Positions 17,688 to 26,823 of a stretch of DNA of 64,000 nucleotides are shown in pieces. Origin of the DNA: a virus; IMG/VR virus record IMGVR_UViG_3300050343_000215, positions 32,001-96,000 of that record, one strand, 5' to 3'. The stretch's first letter is position 1. Each line of letters begins with the position of its first letter. The position numbers were made by a program, and so were the translations under genes. Under the pieces are notes generated by a model. That model had not been told where the DNA came from and did no database searches. It saw only the letters and a list, made by a program, of their open reading frames with translations.

Positions 17688-18121
17688 GCAGTACGACCTC
17701 CCCAATTAATCTGAGGAAATGCTTCAGTAACACATGCTCTAGTAATTTTGTATTTTTTACCCAGTTTCTTGTCCTTAACCAGACAGACAACGTTTGCATC
17801 ATCTTTATGAAGACCCTCAAGCAGTTGAATAAACATATTCTCACGCCTAGTTTGAGTTAGACCGTTATTGCCACCCTGGACAAAATTATAAAACAAACGA
17901 GACTCTTTCTCTAGTACAGTATGTTCAGTACCAATGGGTGCTTCATTTTTTTCATAAGGAACTTCACCAACTGGAAGTTCACTGATAACACTTTCATCAA
18001 AGTTCCAAATAAGAAGCATTCGGAGTCCATCACTATTATGTTCTTGGAGAAGTTTAATCTTCTCCGGTTTGGTTTTCGCGTTGCTTATTTTTTGCAGCAC
18101 TTCAGAAATTAAGAGTTTCAT
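17684..18121 (-). CDS. Conserved T4-like hypothetical protein
   Basis: MKLLISEVLQK..LIWNFD..LPVGEVPY..RENMFIQLLEGLH. Confidence 0.8.
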   Translation of the reverse strand: MKLLISEVLQKISNAKTKPEKIKLLQEHNSDGLRMLLIWNFDESVISELPVGEVPYEKNEAPIGTEHTVLEKESRLFYNFVQGGNNGLTQTRRENMFIQLLEGLHKDDANVVCLVKDKKLGKKYKITRACVTEAFPQINWGGRTA

Positions 18122-18140
18122 TTTAATAAATTAATTGTGT

Positions 18141-18353
18141 TTAGTCTTCATCGTCATCAACAACAAAACGAACAGAGTATAAGTCGGATGTAATTGGGTT
18201 GCCATTGTCATCAATCATCTCAGGATGATCAGACAATCTGTTCGTGACAATAGAGTTTTCATAATACTCTCTGCCCATCCAACCAAACCCAAATCCAACA
18301 GCACTGAACAGGATAATTAGGAATCCTGAGCAGAAAAGAGCTACTGAGATCAT
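18141..18353 (-). CDS. Small membrane protein
   Basis: N-terminal TM, HPEMIDDNG. Confidence 0.7.
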   Translation of the reverse strand: MISVALFCSGFLIILFSAVGFGFGWMGREYYENSIVTNRLSDHPEMIDDNGNPITSDLYSVRFVVDDDED

Positions 18354-18517
18354 TTGCTTTCTCCTGACTTTAAACTTTTGGTGGAGAACCAAAAATCAAG
18401 ATGGAAGTTGTACTCACGTCCCCATAACTTCAGAATTCTTTTGGAGGAAATTCTAAAATCAGGATCATGAGATCGCTTCCTCCTTGTCATTGTTTCTACA
18501 CTTTTATTTAGTTTCAT
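18350..18517 (-). CDS. Hypothetical protein
   Basis: Manual: MKLNKSVETMTRRKR..LWGREYNFHLDF. Confidence 0.55.
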   Translation of the reverse strand: MKLNKSVETMTRRKRSHDPDFRISSKRILKLWGREYNFHLDFWFSTKSLKSGESK

Positions 18518-18776
18518 TTTTATACAAATAATCTAGAGCATCCTGCATATCACCAACATACTTTCCATCAAAATAAACTTGAGGAAAAACACATCGTTTC
18601 GCTACAGGAATGTCTGGTTCAAGTTTAAGATATTCAGTAAAGGACATACCTTCACCTTCACCTTCAACTAACCTACGAACCTTTACTTCAACAAAAGGAA
18701 TATAAGATTCCAGCAGTACAGTTTTGAGTGCATCACAATACTTACAATTACTGATGCTGTAAACTTTTACTTCCAT
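18504..18776 (-). CDS. Glutaredoxin
   Basis: CKYC active site, FPQVYFDGKYVG. Confidence 0.85.
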   Translation of the reverse strand: MEVKVYSISNCKYCDALKTVLLESYIPFVEVKVRRLVEGEGEGMSFTEYLKLEPDIPVAKRCVFPQVYFDGKYVGDMQDALDYLYKNETK

Positions 18777-18927
18777 GTCTCAACTCCTCATAGTATTCCA
18801 GCAGTTCATCATCAGAAATTTCATTGTAATGCCCGCTAAAAAATTTAGCATTCAATACAGATAGACTCTCATCGTAGTCATCAAAAAGAATAAACTGAAT
18901 CTTCTTAATTAAGGATGAACGATCCAT
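18748..18927 (-). CDS. Hypothetical protein
   Basis: Manual 59-aa ORF MDRSSLIKKIQ..; ATAAATA upstream. Confidence 0.55.
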   Translation of the reverse strand: MDRSSLIKKIQFILFDDYDESLSVLNAKFFSGHYNEISDDELLEYYEELRHGSKSLQHQ

Positions 18928-18960
18928 TGTAGAAACTGTATTGTGTTCTTATTTATTCTA

Positions 18961-19110
18961 TCAGTTAGGCGGTTTATTGTCAAGGTTTGCTGCAATAACT
19001 ACGGGATTTCTCAAAGCATTTTTGAGTTCCTTTCCTGCACGATCTAATGCCGATTTTAAATTCTTTGGCATTGTTTTTTTGTGTTCTGTTGGGTTGAATC
19101 CTTTTTTCAT
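18961..19110 (-). CDS. Small basic hypothetical protein
   Basis: Probable start MKKGFNP. Confidence 0.45.
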   Translation of the reverse strand: MKKGFNPTEHKKTMPKNLKSALDRAGKELKNALRNPVVIAANLDNKPPN

Positions 19111-19183
19111 AAAAAACCTTTTGAGTGAAAAATTTGCCCGAATTTTTTTAGGGCGATTTTTGGAATTAAAAGTTGAATTTCGT

Positions 19184-19825
19184 TCAGACAGCGACATTAA
19201 AGACACTGATTACTCTAAGATTTCCTGGCGAAGGTGGTCTTATAGTATGTAAATACTTTCCATTAAAGATAAGCATCTTTCCAAACTCTGGTTCAGCTTC
19301 GTACTTAATTGGGAGAGGATCATTGTCCCAATCAATAGCATCATAGTCTATCACACCAGGATCAGTGTAATTATATTTACGACCTCTTGAATAAAATACT
19401 TCACCTTCTTCTGGTCGGTTTTCAGCATCAAAGATAACTGTGTTTCCATCAGACTCATTAAGATATAGTATTGTACTATAATGATCCATGGGATTGTCTA
19501 CATGGGGATCAAAGAAATCATATCCAGGAACATGATAGGTCATGTTTAAACATGCTCTAATGCATCCTTTATAATCTAAGTTTAAATCAGTGAAGGTATT
19601 ATCAACTATCTCATAAAAAAGATCAAAGAATTTTGATACTGGTTTATTATCTGACCTACCAAACATATTATGTGACATCTGTGGAAACTTAGCTGTCGTA
19701 GTTTCAGGAGTATAATACCACGGAACTATTCTTTTAGCCTTAGGATTCTTACATTCAATAAAATCATCACAAAATTTTCTAAGTTTATCAATGTCCCTAA
19801 TCTTAACTTCTACAAAATCAATCAT
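19184..19825 (-). CDS. 2OG-Fe(II) oxygenase
   Basis: PHVD..ILYLNESDGNT..FNGKYLH..RVISVFN. Confidence 0.8.
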   Translation of the reverse strand: MIDFVEVKIRDIDKLRKFCDDFIECKNPKAKRIVPWYYTPETTTAKFPQMSHNMFGRSDNKPVSKFFDLFYEIVDNTFTDLNLDYKGCIRACLNMTYHVPGYDFFDPHVDNPMDHYSTILYLNESDGNTVIFDAENRPEEGEVFYSRGRKYNYTDPGVIDYDAIDWDNDPLPIKYEAEPEFGKMLIFNGKYLHTIRPPSPGNLRVISVFNVAV

Positions 19826-21335
19826 CAGAAAATACCTCGTCTCCAAATACTAGAGTATTAAGTTTAGTGTTGCACCATAGATCTAATGCATTCTCTTTAC
19901 GTGCAGCGATTGGTTTACCTCCTACGTTCAGTGATGTATTTAACAACATTGGAATACCAGTAAGAGATTCAAATTCTTCTATCAATGAATAGTATACCTC
20001 AAGATCTTGAGATACTGTCTGTGCCCTACAAGTGCCATCAACATGTGTAACTGGAGGATATAACTCCATGTCAATCATATCCATAACGTAAAGCATATAA
20101 GGAGATGGATGAGGAAAATCAAAGTAATTATGTGCTTTTTCTTCTAACACAGAAGCACCGAAAGGTCTGAAATATTCTCTATTTTTTACATTCTTATTAA
20201 TAATGTCCTTACCATCTGGGATAGAAGGATTCATTAGAATACTTCTATTACCTAGTGCTCTAGGTCCAACCTCTCCATGTCCCTGATACCAACCAACTAT
20301 CTCACCTTTCGCCAAACGCTCAGCAGTTTTCTTAATAGTTAATTTACTTGGGACTGTACTTGGTGCCTCATCATCTTCCCAAAAAGGAAATCCTGTAGTA
20401 TCAAATTCTTCCTGATCATAATATCTCCTGAGAAACTCAACTGCACCTAAAGATAATCCACAATCACTACAATGAGGTGCAACATTTAAGTTTGGTCTAA
20501 CCTTTATAATCTCGCTATTGATTACAGTATTTTGTGCGACACCACCTGTATATCCAATGACATCATCTTCATTTGTATATTCCAAGAAGGCATTAACATA
20601 TACCTTCTCAGAAATAGTATGAGCTTTAGATACCCAATCACAAATAGTTGGAAAGTGTTCGTTACTTTTTATTGATACAGTATTCCATGGAAAATCAAAC
20701 CATGCTGTCTGAAGATTCCTAAGATCATGCCTTAGTTTTTTAACCCCATGAATAGATCCATATGCTTTCATCCCCATAATTTTTCCTGCATGGTCTAAAG
20801 GATTGCCATTTATGTCTATGGACTGACCAACATCACTAAGAATCATTGCAAGACTTTGATAAGGAATAATTCCATTCCTTTTTTCCTGTTCTTTATACCT
20901 TACAACAATTTTATCATTCCTAAACACAGAAAAATTAACTTTATCATCACCAAATCCATCAGAAACCACACTGACAGTAGGTTTAATTCCCAATGGCCAT
21001 ACACTGAGGGCATGACAATAGTGATGATCAACTCTATAAATCGGACAATCAAATCCAAGAACACTAAAAATCTTTAATTTAATTTCATTAAATAAAGAAT
21101 CTTCAGCATACTCTAAAAAATGATGACTAAATTTATCAATAGAAATAGCAATTGCATCTAATTCTGAAGGATTAATACCCCACTTCCTAATAACTTGAAC
21201 CCAACTATTTAAATCTTTGAATCCATAGTGTTTATCTTGGATATTTCTTTCGCAGTGAGTATATTTTACCTTACTACCATCTGTGTAGGTGATATTAGAA
21301 TCATGATCGTCTAATCTAAGACCTATAAATTTCAT
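19818..21335 (-). CDS. Carbamoyltransferase (NodU/CmcH family)
   Basis: HD..DHHYCHA..DGFGD..AGKIMGMKAYG..GPRALGNRS..HVDGTCRAQT..LNTSLN. Confidence 0.9.
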   Translation of the reverse strand: MKFIGLRLDDHDSNITYTDGSKVKYTHCERNIQDKHYGFKDLNSWVQVIRKWGINPSELDAIAISIDKFSHHFLEYAEDSLFNEIKLKIFSVLGFDCPIYRVDHHYCHALSVWPLGIKPTVSVVSDGFGDDKVNFSVFRNDKIVVRYKEQEKRNGIIPYQSLAMILSDVGQSIDINGNPLDHAGKIMGMKAYGSIHGVKKLRHDLRNLQTAWFDFPWNTVSIKSNEHFPTICDWVSKAHTISEKVYVNAFLEYTNEDDVIGYTGGVAQNTVINSEIIKVRPNLNVAPHCSDCGLSLGAVEFLRRYYDQEEFDTTGFPFWEDDEAPSTVPSKLTIKKTAERLAKGEIVGWYQGHGEVGPRALGNRSILMNPSIPDGKDIINKNVKNREYFRPFGASVLEEKAHNYFDFPHPSPYMLYVMDMIDMELYPPVTHVDGTCRAQTVSQDLEVYYSLIEEFESLTGIPMLLNTSLNVGGKPIAARKENALDLWCNTKLNTLVFGDEVFSDD

Positions 21336-21341
21336 ACCTAC

Positions 21342-21364
21342 AAAAAAAAGGGTCGTTACACCCT
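21342..21364 (-). terminator. Intrinsic terminator
   Basis: AGGGT/ACCCT stem plus T-run. Confidence 0.65.
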
Positions 21365-21380
21365 CTAATTATAACAGTTA

Positions 21381-21458
21381 TTAAGTAGTTTGTCTAGGAG
21401 GTGGTCTGAATGGGCAGTCGCGACATCCAGCACCACAGCATCCTCTATTCTTTATCAT
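21381..21458 (-). CDS. Cys-rich micro-protein
   Basis: Manual: MIKNRGCCGAGCRDCPFRPPPRQTT. Confidence 0.55.
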   Translation of the reverse strand: MIKNRGCCGAGCRDCPFRPPPRQTT

Positions 21459-21651
21459 AAAGTTTCTCTAGTTTTTCTCTAGAAAGATCCACATACATAA
21501 CCTTCTCACCTAGTTGAGGTGCTTCAGGATGTCTCCGAGATCTAGCACCCCAGTAAATAGATTTAAGGTTGTAGTACATAAGAGCAAAGGCACCGCCAGC
21601 AATGATAGCGAAGCATGTGAAATAAAGAAATACTTCAAAGTTATTCATCAT
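21445..21651 (-). CDS. DUF2973-like membrane protein
   Basis: TM helix followed by RHPE. Confidence 0.65.
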   Translation of the reverse strand: MMNNFEVFLYFTCFAIIAGGAFALMYYNLKSIYWGARSRRHPEAPQLGEKVMYVDLSREKLEKLYDKE

Positions 21652-21893
21652 GCCCCCTGAAGGGACTGAAGTGTGTTGTGAAGTTCTCCAATATCTAGGA
21701 GACCTTCAGCACTGAACCATGGAGCATTTGCCCAACTGAATCCTTCACCCATGGTGCTATCGGGTGCAACGATATACCAATGACATGCTGTGTCGGGTAC
21801 ATCTACGGCACACTTAGACCAATCATCACTCCACTGTGGGACTTGCACCCACATCAGAGCAGCAAACATAATACTAAAGAATGATTTAATCAT
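21648..21893 (-). CDS. Hypothetical secreted protein
   Basis: WVQVPQWSDDWSKCAVDVPD. Confidence 0.7.
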   Translation of the reverse strand: MIKSFFSIMFAALMWVQVPQWSDDWSKCAVDVPDTACHWYIVAPDSTMGEGFSWANAPWFSAEGLLDIGELHNTLQSLQGA

Positions 21894-22284
21894 TTGTAAG
21901 TTTCCTTTTTATGAGATGGTCTATTGAGAAATTACCAGGACCACTGAGAACGATACATGCTGCACCTCCCCAGTAAAGAACTAAGAGTTCTAACAAATAG
22001 ATGTTGAAACCAGATGTAAACAGAGCATGATAAATTGCGAATGATATTGTACCTAAGATTGCTAAGGCACCCAGACGAGTGCCTAGTCCACAGATAACCA
22101 TCCAACTCCCGATGACTTCAGCAAATGCTGCGAAGTATGAGGAGACGATTGGGAATGGGAGATGCAATGGTCGTACAAATGCATCCGCAAAGTTTTCAAT
22201 GTTCTCTAGTTTCTCATAACCATGATGGATAAGCATGGTGCCTAACGCTATACGAAGTAATAAGAATCCTAGAGATTGAATCAC
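21886..22284 (-). CDS. DoxX family membrane protein
   Basis: [30 protein letters not shown]. Confidence 0.85.
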   Translation of the reverse strand: MIQSLGFLLLRIALGTMLIHHGYEKLENIENFADAFVRPLHLPFPIVSSYFAAFAEVIGSWMVICGLGTRLGALAILGTISFAIYHALFTSGFNIYLLELLVLYWGGAACIVLSGPGNFSIDHLIKRKLTND

Positions 22285-23336
22285 AATGCATTACCTCTAG
22301 GTAGAACTTCTTCAGGGAATACGAATGACTCATGTGGTTGGTCAACTGGTGCTAACCATGCACGGAGTCCTTCATTTAGAAGAATGTTCTTGGTATAGAA
22401 CGTCTCAAATTCAGGATCTTCTGCTGCTCTTATTTCTTGGGAGACAAAATCGTAAGCACGAAGGTTAAGAGCAAGACCAATAATGCCAATGCTGCTGGTC
22501 CAAAGACCCATAACAGGAACAAAAAGCATGAAGAAATGTAGCCACCTTTTATTACTGAATGCAATACCGAAGATCTGCGACCAGAACCTGTTCGCTGTGA
22601 CCATTGAATACGTTTCTTCTTCTTGCGTGCTGTCAAATGCTTTGAATGTGTTTGCTTGTTCGCCATCTTCATAAAGTGTGTTTTCTACTGTGACGCCATG
22701 GATTGCTGATAGCAATGCTCCACCTAGTATACCAGCAACTCCCATCATATGGAATGGGTTGAGCGTCCAGTTATGGAAGCCCTGTAGGAAGAGTAGGAAC
22801 CTAAATATCGCTGCAACACCAAACGACGGTGCAAAGAACCAACTGGACTGTCCGAGTGGATAGATGAGAAACACACTGACAAAAACAGCGATAGGCCCAG
22901 AGAACGCAATAGCATTGTACGGACGGATACCAATGAGACGTGACAGTTCAAACTGTCGGAGCATGAAACCAATTAGGGCGAAGGCACCGTGGAGAGCCAC
23001 GAAATTCCATAGTCCCCCAAGTTGGATCCACCTGACGAAATCCCCCTGAGCCTCAGGACCCCAGAGAAGAAGAAGAGAATGACCCATAGCATCAGCTGGA
23101 GTGCTAACTGCCGCTGTAAGAAAGTTTGCACCCTCAAGATAGGAAGTAGCGAGTCCGTGGGTATACCAGCTCGTAACGAAAGTTGTGCCAGTAAGCCAGC
23201 CGCCAATAGCAAGATAAGCAGTGGGAAGAAGAAGAAGTCCAGACCAGCCAATAAAAACGAAACGATCTCGTTTAAGCCAGTCGTCAAGGATGTCAAACCA
23301 TCCCCTCCGTTGTTGTTGTAATGTTGACGCGACCAT
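22281..23336 (-). CDS. psbD: Photosystem II D2 protein
   Basis: [23 protein letters not shown], 351 aa. Confidence 0.98.
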   Translation of the reverse strand: MVASTLQQQRRGWFDILDDWLKRDRFVFIGWSGLLLLPTAYLAIGGWLTGTTFVTSWYTHGLATSYLEGANFLTAAVSTPADAMGHSLLLLWGPEAQGDFVRWIQLGGLWNFVALHGAFALIGFMLRQFELSRLIGIRPYNAIAFSGPIAVFVSVFLIYPLGQSSWFFAPSFGVAAIFRFLLFLQGFHNWTLNPFHMMGVAGILGGALLSAIHGVTVENTLYEDGEQANTFKAFDSTQEEETYSMVTANRFWSQIFGIAFSNKRWLHFFMLFVPVMGLWTSSIGIIGLALNLRAYDFVSQEIRAAEDPEFETFYTKNILLNEGLRAWLAPVDQPHESFVFPEEVLPRGNAL

Positions 23337-23375
23337 TGTTAAAACCTCTTAATTTATTTGATGTGTTTTCTAATA

Positions 23376-23591
23376 TCATTGAAAACCTTTTGATTGTTTT
23401 ACATCTAGTATTTCTATATGAGATAGAAATTGTGTAGGTGCTTCAAACCATCTAGATTGTACTTGTTCCCATGAAGGGTAATGCTCCGACTGACCGTTAG
23501 AAAATACAATGTTGTATGTGTGACGATCATATGGAGCATCAGACGTTTTAGTAAAATACCGTTCGTCTGAGGGATCAATTACTTGTGTCAT
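23376..23591 (-). CDS. Hypothetical protein
   Basis: 71-aa ORF. Confidence 0.65.
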   Translation of the reverse strand: MTQVIDPSDERYFTKTSDAPYDRHTYNIVFSNGQSEHYPSWEQVQSRWFEAPTQFLSHIEILDVKQSKGFQ

Positions 23592-23971
23592 TTTCCTGAA
23601 GTATCGTAACCTAATTCATCATCGGTCTGTTTCATTTCTTCCACAGTCCATGAACCACCTACACCACCATCCATATTAACAGTAATATCTTGTGGTTCAA
23701 CAGTTTCATTTAAATGATGGGGTTTATGTTCCCTATCCATAGGTTGAGACTTAGTGTCATCATTGCGAGAAAGATTCTTAATCACAATAAATGCATCCTT
23801 ATTATACTTACGATGACCAAAAGGGGATGCCCACTTCTTATTGTAATCTTTGGGTTGTTCAATGCCACTCACTTGAGTGCCACCAACTTCAATTACAATG
23901 TTATCATTCATCACATCCCAACCAAGGGTTGCAATGGTTTCCCATAATTCATCCTGTGTCATGTTAGACAT
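23588..23971 (-). CDS. Hypothetical protein
   Basis: Probable start MSNMTQ. Confidence 0.65.
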   Translation of the reverse strand: MSNMTQDELWETIATLGWDVMNDNIVIEVGGTQVSGIEQPKDYNKKWASPFGHRKYNKDAFIVIKNLSRNDDTKSQPMDREHKPHHLNETVEPQDITVNMDGGVGGSWTVEEMKQTDDELGYDTSGK

Positions 23972-24000
23972 AACGTTTTCTTCTGGTTCAAGATTGCCAA

Positions 24001-24099
24001 TCATAATAGTAGCACACAAAGTAACGGAACGACAATGGTAAGAATACCTATAAAAAACCCCCCCACATATGTGAGGGGGTGAAGACTACCATCAGGCAT
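24001..24099 (-). CDS. 32-aa transmembrane micro-ORF after psbA
   Basis: MPDGSLHPLTYVGGFFIGILTIVVPLLCVLLL; ATG 1 nt after the psbA stop. Confidence 0.45.
   Translation of the reverse strand: MPDGSLHPLTYVGGFFIGILTIVVPLLCVLLL
24052..24080 (-). terminator. psbA terminator
   Basis: CCCCCTCAC-ATAT-GTGGGGGG plus T-run. Confidence 0.8.
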
Positions 24100-24100
24100 A

Positions 24101-25180
24101 TCAGCCAACAGCAGGTGCAGTGAGTGCAACAGGTGTTGACTCAGCAGCAGCAAGATCCAGTGGGAAGTTGTGTGCGTTACGCTCATGCATAACTTCCATA
24201 CCAAGACCTGCACGGTTCAATACGTCTGCCCAGGTGTTGAGCACACGACCCTGACCATCAAGGATGGACTGGTTGAAGTTGAAACCGTTGAGGTTGAACG
24301 CCATCGTGGAGACACCAAGTGCGGTGAACCAGATACCAACAACAGGCCATGCAGCGAGGAAGAAGTGCAGTGAACGTGAGTTGTTGAATGAAGCGTATTG
24401 GAAGATCAAACGACCGAAGTAACCATGGGCTGCGACGATGTTGTAGGTCTCTTCTTCTTGACCGAACTTGTAACCGTAGTTCTGTGACTCAGTTTCAGTC
24501 GTCTCACGGACGAGTGAAGAAGTAACGAGACTTCCATGCATAGCAGAGAACAAAGATCCACCGAATACCCCAGCAACGCCGAGCATGTGGAACGGGTGCA
24601 TAAGGATATTGTGCTCTGCCTGGAATACAAGCATGTAGTTAAAAGTACCAGAGATACCAAGAGGCATAGCATCGGAGAAAGAACCTTGACCGAAAGGATA
24701 GACGAGGAATACTGCACTCGCGGCAGCGACTGGAGCAGAATATGCTACACAGATCCATGGACGCATACCTAAACGGTATGACAGTTCCCATTCACGTCCC
24801 ATATAAGCATAGATGCCGATCAGGAAGTGGAAGACTACCAATTGGAAAGGACCACCATTGTAAAGCCATTCATCCAAGGATGCTGCTTCCCAAATGGGGT
24901 AGAAGTGAAGACCGATTGCGTTTGAAGATGGAACTACAGCACCAGAGATGATGTTGTTACCGTACATGAGTGAACCAGCAACGGGTTCACGGATACCGTC
25001 AATGTCCACGGGGGGAGCAGCGACGAATGCGACGATGAAACAGATGGTTGCCGCCAACAGTGTTGGGATCATCAGCACGCCAAACCAACCGACATACAGA
25101 CGGTTGTTAGTTGATGTTACCCACTCGCAGAATGATTCCCACGAGGAAGTAGATTGTTGTCTTGAAAGAGTTGAAGCCAT
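24101..25180 (-). CDS. psbA: Photosystem II D1 protein (Q130 type, no intron)
   Basis: [31 protein letters not shown]; uninterrupted ORF. Confidence 0.98.
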   Translation of the reverse strand: MASTLSRQQSTSSWESFCEWVTSTNNRLYVGWFGVLMIPTLLAATICFIVAFVAAPPVDIDGIREPVAGSLMYGNNIISGAVVPSSNAIGLHFYPIWEAASLDEWLYNGGPFQLVVFHFLIGIYAYMGREWELSYRLGMRPWICVAYSAPVAAASAVFLVYPFGQGSFSDAMPLGISGTFNYMLVFQAEHNILMHPFHMLGVAGVFGGSLFSAMHGSLVTSSLVRETTETESQNYGYKFGQEEETYNIVAAHGYFGRLIFQYASFNNSRSLHFFLAAWPVVGIWFTALGVSTMAFNLNGFNFNQSILDGQGRVLNTWADVLNRAGLGMEVMHERNAHNFPLDLAAAESTPVALTAPAVG

Positions 25181-25194
25181 TGTATTTGAAAAAA

Positions 25195-25295
25195 GTAAGA
25201 CCATCAGGGTAATGGTGGAGTTACTATTCCCTCTGCACCCTTAGCAGAGGTATTAGAGACGTTGTTTATACACCCTATAGGTCTCGGTTTGAGGG
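25195..25295 (-). ncRNA. PhotoRC-II-like 5' UTR motif of psbA
   Basis: GAGAC/GTCTC, CCTCTGC/GCAGAGG and ACCAT/ATGGT stems; complementary loops AGGGT/ACCCT. Confidence 0.7.
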
Positions 25296-25342
25296 GTGTT
25301 ACGAACGGTTAAGAAATGTTTTGGTTTCTTAACCAACTGACT

Positions 25343-25376
25343 TATTTATAATAACAGGAAACCCTAGATCTGTCAA
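25343..25376 (-). promoter_or_regulatory. psbA promoter: sigma70 plus overlapping late promoter
   Basis: TTGACA-17-TATTAT; TATAAATA at 25350-25343. Confidence 0.8.
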
Positions 25377-25405
25377 CCTTTTTGCGTAGGTAAATGTGCT
25401 TATCT

Positions 25406-25705
25406 TTAAAGGTCTCCAAATTTATCTCGCATATCTTCCATTGCTTTTTTCTTCTCGGCGTAAATACCATCAATGTATCCAGCACGGTACTCCCATGTCT
25501 GCCCACCCTCTGTTCCTTTTACTGGGTTAATACATTGATTGTCGCCTAATTTATTGCAAACGAGACCAGCAAGGTCTAGTTCACTTCTATCATAGGATGC
25601 AGCTGTGCCTCTAAACATATGCTTGCCGTTAATCCAAGTAGCACCACATTTAGGACATTCTTTTCTCTCTAGTTTGAGATCCGACAGTTCCTTATCGTTG
25701 GTCAT
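25406..25705 (-). CDS. Hypothetical protein with Cys pairs
   Basis: ECPKCGATWING..DLAGLVCN..CINP. Confidence 0.75.
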   Translation of the reverse strand: MTNDKELSDLKLERKECPKCGATWINGKHMFRGTAASYDRSELDLAGLVCNKLGDNQCINPVKGTEGGQTWEYRAGYIDGIYAEKKKAMEDMRDKFGDL

Positions 25706-25726
25706 AGTTTTAATTTCGTATAGTTT

Positions 25727-25849
25727 TTAAGAGGAAAATATAATCTTGCCTAATAGTCTTATAGCATCAAGATGCTTTTTTCCCCAGGGAATGGTATGCC
25801 AACATGTGGAACCATCATCTTTTAAGATCCAGACATTAATTGATCTCAT
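25727..25849 (-). CDS. Small hypothetical protein
   Basis: Manual 40 aa MRSINVWILKDDGSTCWHTIPWG.. Confidence 0.55.
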   Translation of the reverse strand: MRSINVWILKDDGSTCWHTIPWGKKHLDAIRLLGKIIFSS

Positions 25850-25876
25850 AAAAAAATACCCATAATGGGTATTTAG
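25850..25876 (-). terminator. Terminator with CTAAATA in its 5' arm
   Basis: CTAAATACCCA-TTA-TGGGTATTTTTTT. Confidence 0.7.
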
Positions 25877-25917
25877 GTAGAATTTATATGATTTTATAAG
25901 TATATGTTGATATGATA

Positions 25918-26043
25918 TTAAATGCCCTGAGTGGCAGGAACCATCATACCACCACCACCTTGATCGTCATCATCAACATCAATATCAGATAAGACTGCAT
26001 TAATAATAAAAAGAATTACCAGACCCGATGCTAATACTAACAT
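25918..26043 (-). CDS. Small membrane protein
   Basis: Manual 41 aa: TM then DDDDQGGGGMMVP. Confidence 0.6.
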   Translation of the reverse strand: MLVLASGLVILFIINAVLSDIDVDDDDQGGGGMMVPATQGI

Positions 26044-26151
26044 TTACCATACTCCTGGAATGATTTGTCCTGTTGATGCATATGCACCCATTGCTGCAAT
26101 GACTCCGATCATTGCTGCCCAACCATTAATACGTTCTGCGTTTTCGTTCAT
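26044..26151 (-). CDS. hli: High-light-inducible protein
   Basis: Manual: MNENAERINGWAAMIGVIAAMGAYASTGQIIPGVW. Confidence 0.9.
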   Translation of the reverse strand: MNENAERINGWAAMIGVIAAMGAYASTGQIIPGVW

Positions 26152-26375
26152 GAGTTTTCTCCGAGTGTAAGATAGAATTTAGTTTGATCTGTTGATGCAT
26201 TCTCATAAAATGAGATATCACCATAAGTTTTGTGGTCTTTGTATCCAACCATACGACCTTTCGTATTTTGGATAGCTCCCATCATAGCAATGATGAGAAA
26301 GATTGCAGGTGGTCCAATGATAAGAGCACCACCGATCACATAATATGTGAGGACTTCAAGTAGAGAGGGTTCCAT
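26148..26375 (-). CDS. Hypothetical membrane protein
   Basis: 75 aa with one TM. Confidence 0.65.
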   Translation of the reverse strand: MEPSLLEVLTYYVIGGALIIGPPAIFLIIAMMGAIQNTKGRMVGYKDHKTYGDISFYENASTDQTKFYLTLGENS

Positions 26376-26517
26376 TCAGTTCCAAAGTTTTGTTGTAAAT
26401 AATTACTCTACCATTATCATGAGTGAATACTAATTCGTCATGATGACCCCAGCAGAGTTCTTCATAGAGGGCATTCAACCGCTCCATGTCTTCATAGAGT
26501 TGATTGGGGTTAGTCAT
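26356..26517 (-). CDS. Hypothetical protein
   Basis: Manual 53 aa MTNPNQLYEDMERLNALYEELCW.. Confidence 0.6.
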   Translation of the reverse strand: MTNPNQLYEDMERLNALYEELCWGHHDELVFTHDNGRVIIYNKTLELNGTLST

Positions 26518-26539
26518 TAATAGTCAAGGGTCTCCTTAA

Positions 26540-26758
26540 TCAGAATCCAAATGCACCGAAGAAGAAAACACTGCCACTAAAAGCGTATGAGACTACTGCC
26601 GAAACAAATCCTAGCATAGCAACACGACCGTTCAACTTCTCGGCACGTTCAGCATAGGTCTCAATACCATATCTGTCAAGTGCTTCCTTTGTCATATACA
26701 TGGTAGGTTCTGTGGCATACATGTTTGTGCGTCCACCATCCTCAGTTGTTACAGTCAT
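26540..26758 (-). CDS. hli: High-light-inducible protein
   Basis: MYATEP..AEKLNGRVAMLGF. Confidence 0.9.
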   Translation of the reverse strand: MTVTTEDGGRTNMYATEPTMYMTKEALDRYGIETYAERAEKLNGRVAMLGFVSAVVSYAFSGSVFFFGAFGF

Positions 26759-26814
26759 GTTACGTTCCGTAATGTTTCTTTACATAGTATATAGCAAATC
26801 TTAAATCTTGTCAA
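26759..26814 (-). promoter_or_regulatory. hli promoter with HLR1-like repeats
   Basis: TTGACA-17-TATACT; 8-mers GTTACGTT, GTAATGTT, TTTACATA at 10-bp period. Confidence 0.7.
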
Positions 26815-26823
26815 GCCCCTATA

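Noticed and set aside
24101-25180. Group I intron or homing endonuclease in psbA
   Set aside because: The ORF is continuous and of normal length.
22430-25244. Alternative-frame and antisense ORFs within psbD and psbA
   Set aside because: Expected in the higher-GC photosystem genes; no independent signals.
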